Notes under the pieces: generated by a model
Told to the model about the DNA's origin: nothing
What the model saw: only the letters and a program-made list of their open reading frames with translations
The model's database searches: none
Translations under genes and position numbers: made by a program
Virus record (IMG/VR): IMGVR_UViG_3300025030_000086
Location: 1-64,000 of that record
Source: a virus
Strand: one strand, 5' to 3'
Length of the DNA: 64,000 nt
In this document: positions 38,737 to 49,925 of the stretch, piece by piece
Layout: each line of letters opens with the position of its first letter
Numbering within the stretch: the first letter of the stretch is position 1

Positions 38737-40425
38737 ATGAAAACAATCCATATTAAAGATAATGTATTAATAATAAAGATACCGTATGATATTAATCTTG
38801 TATCATTAATCAAGACTTTCTTTTCCGGTAGGTCATGGGATAGCAATTTAAAAGTCTGGAAGTGCCCTGTAAATGAAAAGAATTTAATAGCTACCTACTC
38901 CATGATAGAAAATCATGACTTTACTGTATTTCCTGAAATGATGATTGAACTCGAAAAATATAAAGGACAATTTGAAATACAGAAGGTTGAAAATGAAAAG
39001 AAGATAGCAGCCTCAAAAGCTATAGATGCAAATATTGAGATACCTAATTTGAAGGGAGAACTCTTCCCGTTTCAAAAAGCAGGAGTGCAATTCATAGAAA
39101 ATACCAATGGTAAAACCTTAATAGCTGATGAAATGGGGTTAGGGAAGACCTTGCAATCAATAGCTTATTGCCAATTACATGCAGAAAAAAGACCTATTTT
39201 AGTTATTTGTCCAGCAACATTAAAGTTGAATTGGCAAAGAGAATTTAGAAAATGGACAAATATAAAAAGCTATGTTATAAATTCGCAAGATCTCAAATAT
39301 CAGCTACCTATCTATGAAGCATACATTATTAATTATGATATAGTGGGGAAAATGGAAACATTGCTGAATAAGATGAAATTTCAAGTAATGATATTGGATG
39401 AAGCACATTATTTGAAAAACCCAAAAGCATTACGGTCAAAAGCAATAAATGGATTAAATAAGAATATACCCCATATTTTGGCATTAACTGGTACACCAAT
39501 ACTTAATAGACCTGTTGAAATATTTAATATTTTAAAGATGTTAAGTCCTCAAAATTTTGGCAATTATTTTGATTTTGTGAAAAGATATTGTGGAGCTACC
39601 TATGGAAAATGGGGTCTGGATGTATCAGGAGCTACCAATATTCAAGAATTAAGTGATAAATTACGAGCAACAGTAATGATCAGAAGGGAAAAAAAGGATG
39701 TATTGGCAGAATTACCAGACAAGACAAGGGTAGTAGTCCCTCAAATATGTGATTTAAAAGCATACAAAAAAGTAGAGGATGATTTAATAAATTACTTAAT
39801 TGAATCAAAGAATAAGTCAAAACTTGCAGCGGAAAAAATTAGTCAAGTAGAACAATTGGCAAAAGTTGAATATGCAAAACAGGAAGCGGTTAAAGCAAAA
39901 CTCCCCCTATTTATTGAATGGAGTAAAGATTTTATTGAGGAAAATGGTAAATTAGTAATTTTTGCTCATCATAAAGAATTTGTTGAAAAGTTAATGTTTG
40001 AACTGAAGGACTATAATCCGGTTAAAATAGTGGGTGGTATGGAAATTGAGGATAAACAATCCTCAATAGATGCTTTCCAAAATAATAAAGAATGTAAAGT
40101 AATTATTTGTAGTCTAAAAGCCGCTGGTGTTGGGATAACTTTAGTTGCAAGTAGTTATGTAGCATTTTTAGAGTTAGGATGGACACCCGGTGAACATGAT
40201 CAGGCTGAAGATAGACTACACCGGATAGGGCAGAAAGATAATGTTACTTGTTATTATTTTTTGGCAGAAAATACTATTGAGGAAACAATTTACGATCTAC
40301 TTCAGAAAAAAAGAGATATTTTTCAAAAACTAATGCAAGATCAACATACAATTATAGGAACTCTTGATAATAATATTCTGAATGATTTAACAAATAAAAT
40401 AGTAAATAAAAATGAAGTTAATTAG
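38737..40425 (+). CDS. SNF2-family (SMARCAL1/HARP-like) helicase
   Basis: ADEMGLGKT, DEAH, LTGTP, QAEDRLHRIGQ; N-terminal HARP-like region. Confidence 0.92.
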   Translation: MKTIHIKDNVLIIKIPYDINLVSLIKTFFSGRSWDSNLKVWKCPVNEKNLIATYSMIENHDFTVFPEMMIELEKYKGQFEIQKVENEKKIAASKAIDANIEIPNLKGELFPFQKAGVQFIENTNGKTLIADEMGLGKTLQSIAYCQLHAEKRPILVICPATLKLNWQREFRKWTNIKSYVINSQDLKYQLPIYEAYIINYDIVGKMETLLNKMKFQVMILDEAHYLKNPKALRSKAINGLNKNIPHILALTGTPILNRPVEIFNILKMLSPQNFGNYFDFVKRYCGATYGKWGLDVSGATNIQELSDKLRATVMIRREKKDVLAELPDKTRVVVPQICDLKAYKKVEDDLINYLIESKNKSKLAAEKISQVEQLAKVEYAKQEAVKAKLPLFIEWSKDFIEENGKLVIFAHHKEFVEKLMFELKDYNPVKIVGGMEIEDKQSSIDAFQNNKECKVIICSLKAAGVGITLVASSYVAFLELGWTPGEHDQAEDRLHRIGQKDNVTCYYFLAENTIEETIYDLLQKKRDIFQKLMQDQHTIIGTLDNNILNDLTNKIVNKNEVN

Positions 40426-40981
40426 AAAATTGGGGACAAGAATAAGTAAAAGTGGTCGGTTAGTAAGTTATGGTATATATCTTTGTCCATTTCCAGAATG
40501 TTTAGCAGAAGTTGAAAGACCTTTGGGTAATGGGGAAAGAAAAAAGTCTTGTGGGTGTAGAAGAAAAAAGGGGAATAGCTATACAAGATTATATAAAATT
40601 TGGACAGGTGTTAAAAATAGATGTTTTAATTCCAACAATCAAGCATATTTAGACTATGGTGGAAGAGGAATAACAATATGTCCAGAATGGACAAATGATT
40701 ATACTACTTTCAGAGATTGGGCATTAAATAATGGTTATCAAGAAAACTTAGTTATTGATAGGATTAATCCTGATGGTAATTATGAACCCTCTAATTGTAG
40801 ATGGTTAACAATATTAGAAAGTTTGAGAAATAAGACAAATACAATAACTATGGAAATAGCTAATGAAATTAGAGATTTGTATAAAACAAAAAATTTTACT
40901 CAACAAGAAATAGCTGATAAATTTAATGTAAGTCAAGAAACAGTGTCTTTAATTATAAATAATAAGCAATGGATAAAATAA
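40412..40981 (+). CDS. HNH-type homing endonuclease with HTH
   Basis: MKLIRKLGTR, YGGRGITICPEW, IDRINPDGNYEPSNCRW. Confidence 0.85.
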   Translation: MKLIRKLGTRISKSGRLVSYGIYLCPFPECLAEVERPLGNGERKKSCGCRRKKGNSYTRLYKIWTGVKNRCFNSNNQAYLDYGGRGITICPEWTNDYTTFRDWALNNGYQENLVIDRINPDGNYEPSNCRWLTILESLRNKTNTITMEIANEIRDLYKTKNFTQQEIADKFNVSQETVSLIINNKQWIK

Positions 40982-41476
40982 ATGACAATTAATAAATTAA
41001 TAAATAATATATTCAGGGATAGGAAAAGGGTAGCAAAGAAGATTAAAAATCACAAAAGTGAGCTACCTATTTTTGAAAAAAATGTGAAGAGGATGTTCAA
41101 AACTATAAAATACACAAAGTCAATTGATACTATGATAAAAAACTTCGATAATATTAAGCAAGAATTTCAAAACGTGATGAGCTACCTACCCCCTGATATA
41201 GAATTGGAATTGAATGGGCAGGTAATAAAAGATATTAATAGTATTGATACTATTAGAGATACCTATATTAAAGATTTTATAAATGAAAGAATAGACATGG
41301 AGTTAGAAAAGGAAAAAATAGTAACTTCCATATTTTTAAAAGAAAATTTAATAAAACGTGCTTTAAATAGAGCATTGATAGCATTTACATATTTTCCAAA
41401 TGATGCAGAATTTGTTTGTAAAATTGCGGAGTTAGAGGAAATGTTATTAAATTGTTATAATAAGGAGAACAAATAA
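40982..41476 (+). CDS. Hypothetical protein
   Basis: 164 aa ORF. Confidence 0.55.
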   Translation: MTINKLINNIFRDRKRVAKKIKNHKSELPIFEKNVKRMFKTIKYTKSIDTMIKNFDNIKQEFQNVMSYLPPDIELELNGQVIKDINSIDTIRDTYIKDFINERIDMELEKEKIVTSIFLKENLIKRALNRALIAFTYFPNDAEFVCKIAELEEMLLNCYNKENK

Positions 41477-41697
41477 TGAAGAAAAAAGGAAAAATATTTT
41501 TAAAGATATTTGATACAACAATTGATTTGTACAAAGAAATTGAGTTAGATGCAGATTATATAAGATTTTATACACATGAAAATGATTATATAGATATTAA
41601 ATTTAAAGGTTTTGATTTATCTCTTAGAGGAATAGGGCAATTAAAAGTATTCCCCAATTCCTCAAATTCTATCATCATAGAACAGGAAGAACCATAA
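41476..41697 (+). CDS. Hypothetical protein
   Basis: AGGAG SD, coupled start. Confidence 0.55.
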   Translation: MKKKGKIFLKIFDTTIDLYKEIELDADYIRFYTHENDYIDIKFKGFDLSLRGIGQLKVFPNSSNSIIIEQEEP

Positions 41698-41826
41698 TGA
41701 GTAAAGAATTAGAACAAGCCATTGAATTACATACAAAACTGGATAAAAATTGGGGATTAGAATCACCCAATAATTCCTGGCCCCTTGATTTAATTATTTA
41801 TTATAATAATAGAAAGGAGAAAGAAA

Positions 41827-42081
41827 ATGAAAATTCATGTGGATCTGAAAAAGGGGATTGAGAATATTTCAATAATTATAATGATACTTGATACAGAGGA
41901 TAAAACATTAGCAAATAAATTATTTAGATCCCCTTTAGATTATCCCTCAAATAAAGATTATGTCTATGTAGAAAATGTGGGTAATTGTGATTATATAGAA
42001 AACATTTTTAGAACTGAAGAAGGGGCTAAGAGTTGGGCAGAATTTGAAATAAAATGTTTAAAAAATAAATTATGCATATAA
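41827..42081 (+). CDS. Hypothetical protein
   Basis: AAGGAG SD. Confidence 0.5.
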   Translation: MKIHVDLKKGIENISIIIMILDTEDKTLANKLFRSPLDYPSNKDYVYVENVGNCDYIENIFRTEEGAKSWAEFEIKCLKNKLCI

Positions 42082-42105
42082 CAATTAATTAAAGGGGTTT
42101 CAATA

Positions 42106-42540
42106 ATGAACAAAAGAAATTACAAACATGGGGAATCCTATGTAAGGTTACATAATATATGGGGATTAATGAAACAAAGAATTTTAAATCCTAATAGTAA
42201 AAATTATAAATATTATGGTGGTAGAGGAATAACAATATGTCCAGAATGGACAAATGATTATATTGTTTTCAGAGATTGGGCACTAAATAATGGTTATAAA
42301 GAAGGATTACAAATACACAGAGAAAATGATGGGAATTACGAACCAGATAGTTGTAGATGGGTAACAAGAACTGAAAATTTAAGACACACAAGAAAAACTA
42401 TAACTATGGAAATTGCTGATGAAATTAGAGATTTGTACAAAACAGGGAATTTTTCCATGCAAGAGTTAGGAAATAAATATAGCATAAGTAAACAAATGGT
42501 ATCTTACATTTTGAATAATAAAAATTGGAAAAATGTTTGA
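42106..42540 (+). CDS. HNH-type endonuclease lacking the N-terminal module
   Basis: YKHGES, YGGRGITICPEW, HRENDGNYEP, HTH. Confidence 0.8.
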   Translation: MNKRNYKHGESYVRLHNIWGLMKQRILNPNSKNYKYYGGRGITICPEWTNDYIVFRDWALNNGYKEGLQIHRENDGNYEPDSCRWVTRTENLRHTRKTITMEIADEIRDLYKTGNFSMQELGNKYSISKQMVSYILNNKNWKNV

Positions 42541-42713
42541 CATTACCAAAAATAGTAGTATACTAATAATTAAAGGAGATATATGACTAAGGAAAGTATA
42601 AAGGTTCAATGCCAAGAATGTGAAAAGGTTTTTAGAACAAAAAAATTAGTTCCTGAATGCCCGGAATGTAATGGATTAGATATTGATTTATATTATGGAA
42701 AGGAGAACAAGTA

Positions 42714-43685
42714 ATGTCACATAATCTTAACATGAATGAAGAAGGCAAGGCAGATATGATGTATACAGGGGAGACCCCTTGGCACAAATTAGGTACATAT
42801 TTGGGGGAAAATGCGGTAACGGCAGAAGAAGCAATTAAGGCTGCAAATATGGAATGGGAAGTATCTCTTCATCCAATTTATTCCGGCTTTGCAGAAATGA
42901 AGGAAGTTGATGATTTTAAAGCAGTTATTAGACAAGATACAGGAGAAGTTTTGGGTATAAGGAAGCAAAAATATACACCGTATCAGAATAAAGATGCTTT
43001 CAAGGTATTAGATCCATTTATAGGAGAAGGAAAAGCGGTTTGGCATACAGCAGGAGTTTTAGGAAAAGGTGAAAGAATATGGATATTGGCAAAACTACCC
43101 GGACAATTAGAAGTAACAAAAAATGATATAATAGACAAGTATTTTCTATTAACAAATTCCCATGATGGTTCAACAGGAATAAAGTTAATGTTTACCCCTA
43201 TAAGGGTTGTTTGTCAAAATACGTTACAAATGGCATTAATAAGTGGACAATCTTCAATTATGAATATAAAGCATACCAAAAACCATGAAATAAAGATAAA
43301 ACAAGCATTGAAGGTTTTAGGTCTTGTTGAGCAAATAGCTACAGATTTTGAAATTGATGCTAAGAAAATGTATGAATTTAAGATGACTGATGCAGATATT
43401 GATAATTATTTAGCAGAAATTATTAATATAACAGGAGAAGCAAAGGAAAAGACTAAACTATATGCAGATAAATCTTATATTAGATACAGAGATTATTTGG
43501 AAGGTGGGATAGGGACAGACATAGCAGGTGTAAAAGGCAGTCTATGGGGGGCTTATAATGCGGTAACAGAAGCTATTGATCATACTGATAGAAAGATTAA
43601 AAATCATTTGCAGTATAGTCAATTTGGTGCTGGTGCTGTTATCAAGGACAAGGCTTGGAAGAGTGCAAAAAAATTGATAAGATAG
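42714..43685 (+). CDS. DUF932 family protein
   Basis: PWHKLG, YTPYQN, NSHDG, TPIRVVCQNT, WGAYNAVTE. Confidence 0.9.
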   Translation: MSHNLNMNEEGKADMMYTGETPWHKLGTYLGENAVTAEEAIKAANMEWEVSLHPIYSGFAEMKEVDDFKAVIRQDTGEVLGIRKQKYTPYQNKDAFKVLDPFIGEGKAVWHTAGVLGKGERIWILAKLPGQLEVTKNDIIDKYFLLTNSHDGSTGIKLMFTPIRVVCQNTLQMALISGQSSIMNIKHTKNHEIKIKQALKVLGLVEQIATDFEIDAKKMYEFKMTDADIDNYLAEIINITGEAKEKTKLYADKSYIRYRDYLEGGIGTDIAGVKGSLWGAYNAVTEAIDHTDRKIKNHLQYSQFGAGAVIKDKAWKSAKKLIR

Positions 43686-43693
43686 GGGGTTTA

Positions 43694-44062
43694 ATGAAAA
43701 AGATAACACTTAAAAGATCGCTTGAATTATGTGCAGAATTATGGTCATGGCTTAGAGATAATCCTGATGAAACATACAAGAATAATTGGCCTAAATGGAA
43801 TAGATACAAGAATGTAGATAATAATTGTTTTGCATGTCATTATGATGAGTTAGAAGGCAGGAAACGAGGAGGAGTTAAGATTTGTTCTTTTTGTCCATTA
43901 AAAGAATTATGGAGTTTGCAGGGATATTGCATGGAAAAAAGTAGCCCTTTCAATAAATGGTTGATAGCCAAAACAAATAAAAGTAGACAGAAATATGCAG
44001 GAATTATAGTAAATTTTTGTGAAAAAGAATTAGAAAAATTAAAAAACAAAAAGGGAGTTTAA
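43694..44062 (+). CDS. Hypothetical Cys-rich protein
   Basis: LWSWL...CFACHY...CSFCPL. Confidence 0.6.
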   Translation: MKKITLKRSLELCAELWSWLRDNPDETYKNNWPKWNRYKNVDNNCFACHYDELEGRKRGGVKICSFCPLKELWSLQGYCMEKSSPFNKWLIAKTNKSRQKYAGIIVNFCEKELEKLKNKKGV

Positions 44063-44279
44063 AATGACTATTCTATGTGGCAAAAGAAGTGGTAAAGATT
44101 TAAAAATTTATGCAATTGCAAGAACAGAGAAGTCTCCAAAGAAGTATCTATATGGTATTGTTTGTCTTGACAAAGAAGGAGGAGATCCAAAAGTAGTAAC
44201 TGATATTAAATATGATAGATTGTCAACTATAAGAAGGAAGTTTAGAAATATACCAGCAGAGTTTAAAAAGGGATAAAAA

Positions 44280-44894
44280 ATGCGATTAATTAGAAAATTA
44301 GGAACAAGGAAAAATAAAACAGGTAATAATTATACGAGTTGGGGTGTATTTTGGTGTAACTTTTGTAAACAAGAGGTAGAAAAAGAATTATCTGTTGGTA
44401 GAAGGTATAAATCTTGTGGTTGTGTAAGATATTCAGAAAATAAGGGTGATTATAAACATGGTGGAAAAGGGACAAAATTATATAATGTATGGCAATCTAT
44501 AAAACAAAGAATTTTAAATCCAAATAATGAAGCATATAAAGATTATGGTGGTAGAGGAATAACAATATGTCCAGAATGGACAAATAAAGAAAATGGATTT
44601 ATAAATTTCAGAGATTGGTCACTAAGTAATGGTTACAAAGAAGGATTACAAATAAATAGAATAAATAATGATGGTAATTATGAACCATCTAATTGTAATT
44701 TTATCCCAGCTAAAGAAAATAATAAAAATCAAAGATTGAGAAAAGATAGTAAAATAAAAAATATTGAAATAGCTAATGAAATTAGAGCTTTATATGCTAT
44801 AGGAAATTATATACAAAAAGAGTTAGCAAGTAGATTTAATATAAGTCAAGCAACAATTTCTTTAATTATTAATAACAAACAATGGGTGAAATAA
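44280..44894 (+). CDS. HNH-type homing endonuclease with HTH
   Basis: MRLIRKLGTR, KSCGC, YGGRGITICPEW, RINNDGNYEPSNC. Confidence 0.85.
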   Translation: MRLIRKLGTRKNKTGNNYTSWGVFWCNFCKQEVEKELSVGRRYKSCGCVRYSENKGDYKHGGKGTKLYNVWQSIKQRILNPNNEAYKDYGGRGITICPEWTNKENGFINFRDWSLSNGYKEGLQINRINNDGNYEPSNCNFIPAKENNKNQRLRKDSKIKNIEIANEIRALYAIGNYIQKELASRFNISQATISLIINNKQWVK

Positions 44895-45455
44895 ATGTTA
44901 ACTATAAAACAAAATATACAATTAATAAATGAGTTACTTAATACTTCTTATGGTAATTTACAGAAATTAGCCTATGAAGAAGAAATTGAGCGATATGTGA
45001 GAGTTAGATTATTAGATATTACACAAATAGCAAAGGATATTTTAGAGTTTACTCATAATCAGGAAGTTAAGCAACACAAGAATAAGAATAGAGTAAAGAA
45101 AGGATAGATATATGATACAGTTTAACCCAGGTGATGGAGAATTGTTTGGACATATATTTACAACTGGAATACTGATATTTCTTATTGTATGTATTATTGT
45201 TGTTTGTTACTCTTCAAAAGGGAGACGGTAGATGGGGCACGCAAAAATTTGGGCTTTATTCTCTACATTTGATGATTTAGAAGGTAATATTGAGAATACT
45301 CTTTTGTTAAGGGGGTGGTGGTATGAAAAACCTGCTATTTCAGAATTGAGAAAATATTGTGGATGGGGTGGTGCAATTGTTCTTAGAAAACACGGAAAAA
45401 CTTTGCATCGTCCATATACTTACTATCTAAAAAGATTATCAGAGGGGGTTCAGGT

Positions 45456-45830
45456 ATGAAATTAACTATTAGAAGTTTCATATTTTTAGCATACCTTATA
45501 TTATTATTTCCTTACCAAACTTCGAGTGCTTCAATAACTTTGAATTATGAAAAGGAGATGTCAAAAATAAAGATTATTGCTAATAAGGTTATCCAATGTG
45601 AATCGGAAGGAAAACATAACGTGTGGGGCGATTTAACTCTACAATATCCGGTGTATGGCATAGCACAGTTTCAAAAAGGGACTTTTTATTGGCTGTCCAA
45701 TATATCAGGAAATAAGAATTTTAGATGGAAAAATAAAGAACACCAAATAAAACTGTTACATTGGGCTTTGTTGAATGGACATGGTAGATTGTGGACATGC
45801 TATAGATGGTATAAAAAGGGTATAATTTAG
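45456..45830 (+). CDS. Lysozyme/transglycosylase-like protein with N-terminal hydrophobic segment
   Basis: IQCES...GIAQF...TF. Confidence 0.6.
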   Translation: MKLTIRSFIFLAYLILLFPYQTSSASITLNYEKEMSKIKIIANKVIQCESEGKHNVWGDLTLQYPVYGIAQFQKGTFYWLSNISGNKNFRWKNKEHQIKLLHWALLNGHGRLWTCYRWYKKGII

Positions 45831-45964
45831 TTGACATATCCAAAAATAGTAGTATACTAATAATTAAATGAATTTTTCAAATTTTGTGGTTCCCCAGGTT
45901 CAGGTAGTGAGCTTGTTTTTAATTTAAAAGGTAAATTTTTAAGTCAATCATTTTATGAATAATT

Positions 45965-46414
45965 ATGAAAACAATAACTTATCATAATTTATCTCAAAAC
46001 ACTAACGGTAGATTGGTTTATTTCAGGTCAACAGATATTGAACAAATGAATTGGCATAGACTATTATGGTCTATTCCTGATGAAATGTTATATCATTTAT
46101 CTCAGGGAAAACAGATAAGAATTATTGATAAAACGTCTTCTAAAAAGGGGGGTAAAATTAAAAGGATTTTTATTCCTATAATGAATGATTTATTAAATAA
46201 TTTATATTTTGATATACCTGCTAAGAATAAAAATTTAGTAAATCATTATCTATATGCTTTGGAGACTATGAAGAAGGATAAAAGTTTATTAACAAAATTT
46301 TTGTATTGGAGAGGGATAATATTTAATCTTGTTAATATAATAGGAGAAGATATTATTGTTGATAAAGAACCTAATCCGTTAAGGCCAAAGAAGTATTTGA
46401 AACTTCTGGAGTAA
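45965..46414 (+). CDS. Hypothetical protein
   Basis: 149 aa ORF after a promoter. Confidence 0.55.
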   Translation: MKTITYHNLSQNTNGRLVYFRSTDIEQMNWHRLLWSIPDEMLYHLSQGKQIRIIDKTSSKKGGKIKRIFIPIMNDLLNNLYFDIPAKNKNLVNHYLYALETMKKDKSLLTKFLYWRGIIFNLVNIIGEDIIVDKEPNPLRPKKYLKLLE

Positions 46415-46894
46415 GGAGAAATAGATGTCATTTGAAATGGAAAAAATTAGAGGCTTAAAAGTTATAGCTTTGAAAGGTGGGGGATACAGGGATAAAAGGT
46501 TTAAAGATATTGAAGTTAAATATATTTTGTTTTCAGATAAAAGAACTTATATTGAATTAGAAGAACAGGATTATTATACATTTCATGATTTTTCATCTTA
46601 TGCAAGATATGTTAATATTCATAGTAATGAAGAGGAATGGAAAAGAATTTTTAAACTTGATGATGCTAATGAGGATATTTGTTAGGGGGTTACTTAAATG
46701 AAAAATGTAAATCTTGTATTAAGTGTTATTTTAAATTATGAAACTAAAAAAGGTAATAAAGAAGTATGCCATGAGATAGAGGTCTATCTTGGTAATGTAC
46801 CTGAAACATACATAGATGTGGAAGAAGTGGTAAAACTTATTAAACAAAATATAAAAATAAATGTAAAGGAAGTTGAAATTTATGGAGATTAAAG

Positions 46895-47458
46895 ATGTCA
46901 AAGAATGAGCGGGACAAATATTTATTGAAAGAGGAGTATAAGAAATTTATTGAAAATACTCCTGAACAATATAAACTATTTTGGAAAATTGTGTTTCATT
47001 CTGGTCTTAGGATATCTGAAGGATTGAATCTAACAGTTAATGACATATTATGGAATGAGAATAAATTATTAATTGCTACATTGAAGCGTAAAGGTCATCC
47101 CATCATTCCTATAATAATTTCAAAAGACTTAATAGATGAATTGAAAATATATATAAAAGAATCTGGAAGAATGTGGAAGAATCCGGCAATTAATGGAAGA
47201 ATCTGGAAGTATAGTAGACAATATGCATGGAGAATATTCAAGTCTATTTGCATAAAAGCGGAATTAAACCCAAAGTATAGCCCTCATGCTCTACGTCATT
47301 CTCATGGTGTTATGATAGCAGATATAACAAACGGTAATATGGTTGAGATTAAAAATAGATTAAGACATTCATCTATAAAATCAACTGAATTCTATGTTCA
47401 TTGTTCTGAAGCCAAACAAAAGGAATTATCCAATAAAATAGAGGAGTATATGAAATGA
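46895..47458 (+). CDS. Tyrosine recombinase, catalytic domain only
   Basis: GLRISE, K, HALRHS, LRH, Y. Confidence 0.9.
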   Translation: MSKNERDKYLLKEEYKKFIENTPEQYKLFWKIVFHSGLRISEGLNLTVNDILWNENKLLIATLKRKGHPIIPIIISKDLIDELKIYIKESGRMWKNPAINGRIWKYSRQYAWRIFKSICIKAELNPKYSPHALRHSHGVMIADITNGNMVEIKNRLRHSSIKSTEFYVHCSEAKQKELSNKIEEYMK

Positions 47459-47624
47459 AAAATCAATATAAAGCTGAATTAAAACAAGCTATAGAATTTC
47501 ACTTAAAAATGGATAAACAATCGGGAAGAGCAGATAAAAAAGCATGGCCCCCTTGGTTATTAGGAATTTATGAAGAAGGGAATTATAATGAAGATAATAT
47601 AAATAATAAAAAGGAGATATTATA

Positions 47625-48023
47625 ATGTGTTTGTATAATGTGGATAATTCAATAAAGGACAAAGATTTTGGTTACAAAATAATAAGCAAAGATGGTAGAG
47701 CAAGGTTTTTAAAGAGTAAAAAGTTAACTGAAGGAAAATGGTTAAATGAATATAATTATAGACAAGATTATTATAAAAAAGAAAACTACTTGTTTTTAGA
47801 ATCAGAGTCATATTATGATAAATTAGCATATTTGATGGGGTGGCATGTTTTTTACACCAAAAAAGAGGCAATGAGTTATAATAAATATATATTACGTGAC
47901 CCTACTATTAAAATTGTAAAAGTTGGGATTAAAAATATAGTGGCAAAGGGTTATCAATGTACGCAACATTCATATAGGACAATTGTTTGTAAATACATAA
48001 AAATAGAAAAGGAGATGAAATGA
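47625..48023 (+). CDS. Phage hypothetical protein
   Basis: MCL...GYK...GWHVF; AGGAG SD. Confidence 0.6.
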   Translation: MCLYNVDNSIKDKDFGYKIISKDGRARFLKSKKLTEGKWLNEYNYRQDYYKKENYLFLESESYYDKLAYLMGWHVFYTKKEAMSYNKYILRDPTIKIVKVGIKNIVAKGYQCTQHSYRTIVCKYIKIEKEMK

Positions 48024-48558
48024 TAATAAGAACAGATGAAGGTGACAGGATAATATTAAATGAGGAAGTAAATCTTTACAGTTTAGATGAACGTATTAAA
48101 ACGACAAACAGTGTAAAAATTAATGGTAAAACCATGACCGTTGATGAGTTTAAGAAAGGAAAAATAGATCCAAAAAAAGGTCATTGGGGTCGAAAAGCTA
48201 TGAATGAGATGGATAATGATTTAATCTAAATCAGCATCTATCACAAGATTTGCCCATAAGCAAAGGTCTTTTATTAATCTATTTCTTTTATCATATGGTA
48301 TTTCGTAGTCATTAAATATCAATATTAATTCTTCCTGAAGTACATCATTTATTTTAGATTTTATGGCTTGTTTAATTTCATTTCTTTTTATATTATCCAT
48401 TTTATCTCCATTTACCACAATATATGGTATGTTACAATATGAAACACAAGATGTTGTGTACTTTACTATTTATATGATTATAAGTAAATATTTTAAAACC
48501 ACAAAAGTGAGCTACCTATTTCAATATAAAAATCCAGATACCAATTTAATGATGGAAT

Positions 48559-48933
48559 TTAACCCTTACTCTTATTAACTGGAAAATTTAACCATCCATT
48601 TTTACTAAATATATTAAATAATGCCAATGCTAATATATTGATTGATTTCTCCTCATCATCACCCATAGATGAGAAAAGCCCCATTTCCAATTCACCATCA
48701 ACAGCATGTAAAATTTCATGGAGTAATGTAATAAAAACATCCTCCAATGGCTTATTTTTATAATATATTCTTATAGTCCTGTCCCAAGGATCGTGTTGAC
48801 CAACCAAACTTGCCCTTTTCTCCGCATCTACATCATTTGGTAGTTCATGATATGCAATTGTGTAAGGAATACCAAGAAGCTCAAAATTTGTTGGCAGTTC
48901 AGAAACTTTGTAATTTTTTCCACTTTTAAACAT
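48559..48933 (-). CDS. HExxH metallopeptidase-like protein
   Basis: TLLHEILHA. Confidence 0.65.
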   Translation of the reverse strand: MFKSGKNYKVSELPTNFELLGIPYTIAYHELPNDVDAEKRASLVGQHDPWDRTIRIYYKNKPLEDVFITLLHEILHAVDGELEMGLFSSMGDDEEKSINILALALFNIFSKNGWLNFPVNKSKG

Positions 48934-49161
48934 TTAGATACCCCCCTTATTTTTTAAATTAGAGAATATTCCCCATAGAGAAAAAATAAAAAATATGAAG
49001 AAGAGAAAACTTTGTTGAATTTCCCCTATTTTATAATTATATATCATAAGAAATAAATCGGTAAATGACCATAGATAAAATCCCCATAATAATTTATTTT
49101 TAATAATACATATTTTACCAATTAAGGAAAGAACGATTATACCCCATAAGAAATATCCCAT
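48934..49161 (-). CDS. PnuC-like small membrane protein
   Basis: Hydrophobic; GFYLWSFTD...LWG. Confidence 0.5.
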   Translation of the reverse strand: MGYFLWGIIVLSLIGKICIIKNKLLWGFYLWSFTDLFLMIYNYKIGEIQQSFLFFIFFIFSLWGIFSNLKNKGGI

Positions 49162-49313
49162 TTAAATATCCCAATAAAAAGTTATATCAAAAAATAACCA
49201 TCCTAAATTATATACTCTGGAACAATCATGGTAAAAGGGAATTAAATACCATTTATGTAGTGGGAAAAATCCTATATTTAAAACAGGTCTGTAATATATT
49301 ACATTTTTTTTCA

Positions 49314-49925
49314 TTATGCTATCTCCTTTGTTTCTGAAAACTTCCCATTATGGGTAACAAAAAACACCTTATCAGCTTGTTCTGCTATTTCTGGTATTTG
49401 AGAAACTATTATAAATTGTATATTTAATTTTTTACTTAAATCTTTAATCATTTTCATAGCATTTTCTGTTTTACCATGCAAAAACCGCATGGGTTCATCC
49501 AAAATCAATGTGTTTGTTGATTTAGGATTTTCTATGCTCCAAAGGACTACTCGTAATGCAAAGGAGGCAACATCCAGTATACCACCCCCACAACTATCTT
49601 TTGGATCGGCTTCTTCCCCCCTTAATTTAAGACTAATTTTAGCTTCGGGTTTGTTACGTTTAATGTCAAAATCTATAATAAATTGGTAGTCCTCCTCAAA
49701 AACTGCTTGTAATGCAGTAGTAACCATAGATTCTATGTAATCTTTTAAATAGGATTGGGTATGCTTTCCAGCTTCGGCTACTATAGCTCTTGCTTTTTGC
49801 AAATTTTCATTATATTCTTTTAATGAAACTTGCTCTTTTTCTTTTATTTCTAAAGAAGCAAGAGTTAGTTGACATTCAGTTTTGAAAGCAATAAACTTTG
49901 TTTTAAGTTGCTCTACTTTTTCCAT
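49314..49925 (-). CDS. sbcC: SbcC/Rad50 C-terminal half
   Basis: Signature SCGGG, LILDEP, QFIIVS. Confidence 0.85.
   Translation of the reverse strand: MEKVEQLKTKFIAFKTECQLTLASLEIKEKEQVSLKEYNENLQKARAIVAEAGKHTQSYLKDYIESMVTTALQAVFEEDYQFIIDFDIKRNKPEAKISLKLRGEEADPKDSCGGGILDVASFALRVVLWSIENPKSTNTLILDEPMRFLHGKTENAMKMIKDLSKKLNIQFIIVSQIPEIAEQADKVFFVTHNGKFSETKEIA

Noticed and set aside
45886-45915. tRNA fragment (GGTTC motifs)
   Set aside because: No cloverleaf can be built
46895-47458. Prophage integrase and host junction
   Set aside because: Catalytic domain only, and phage-like genes continue on both sides
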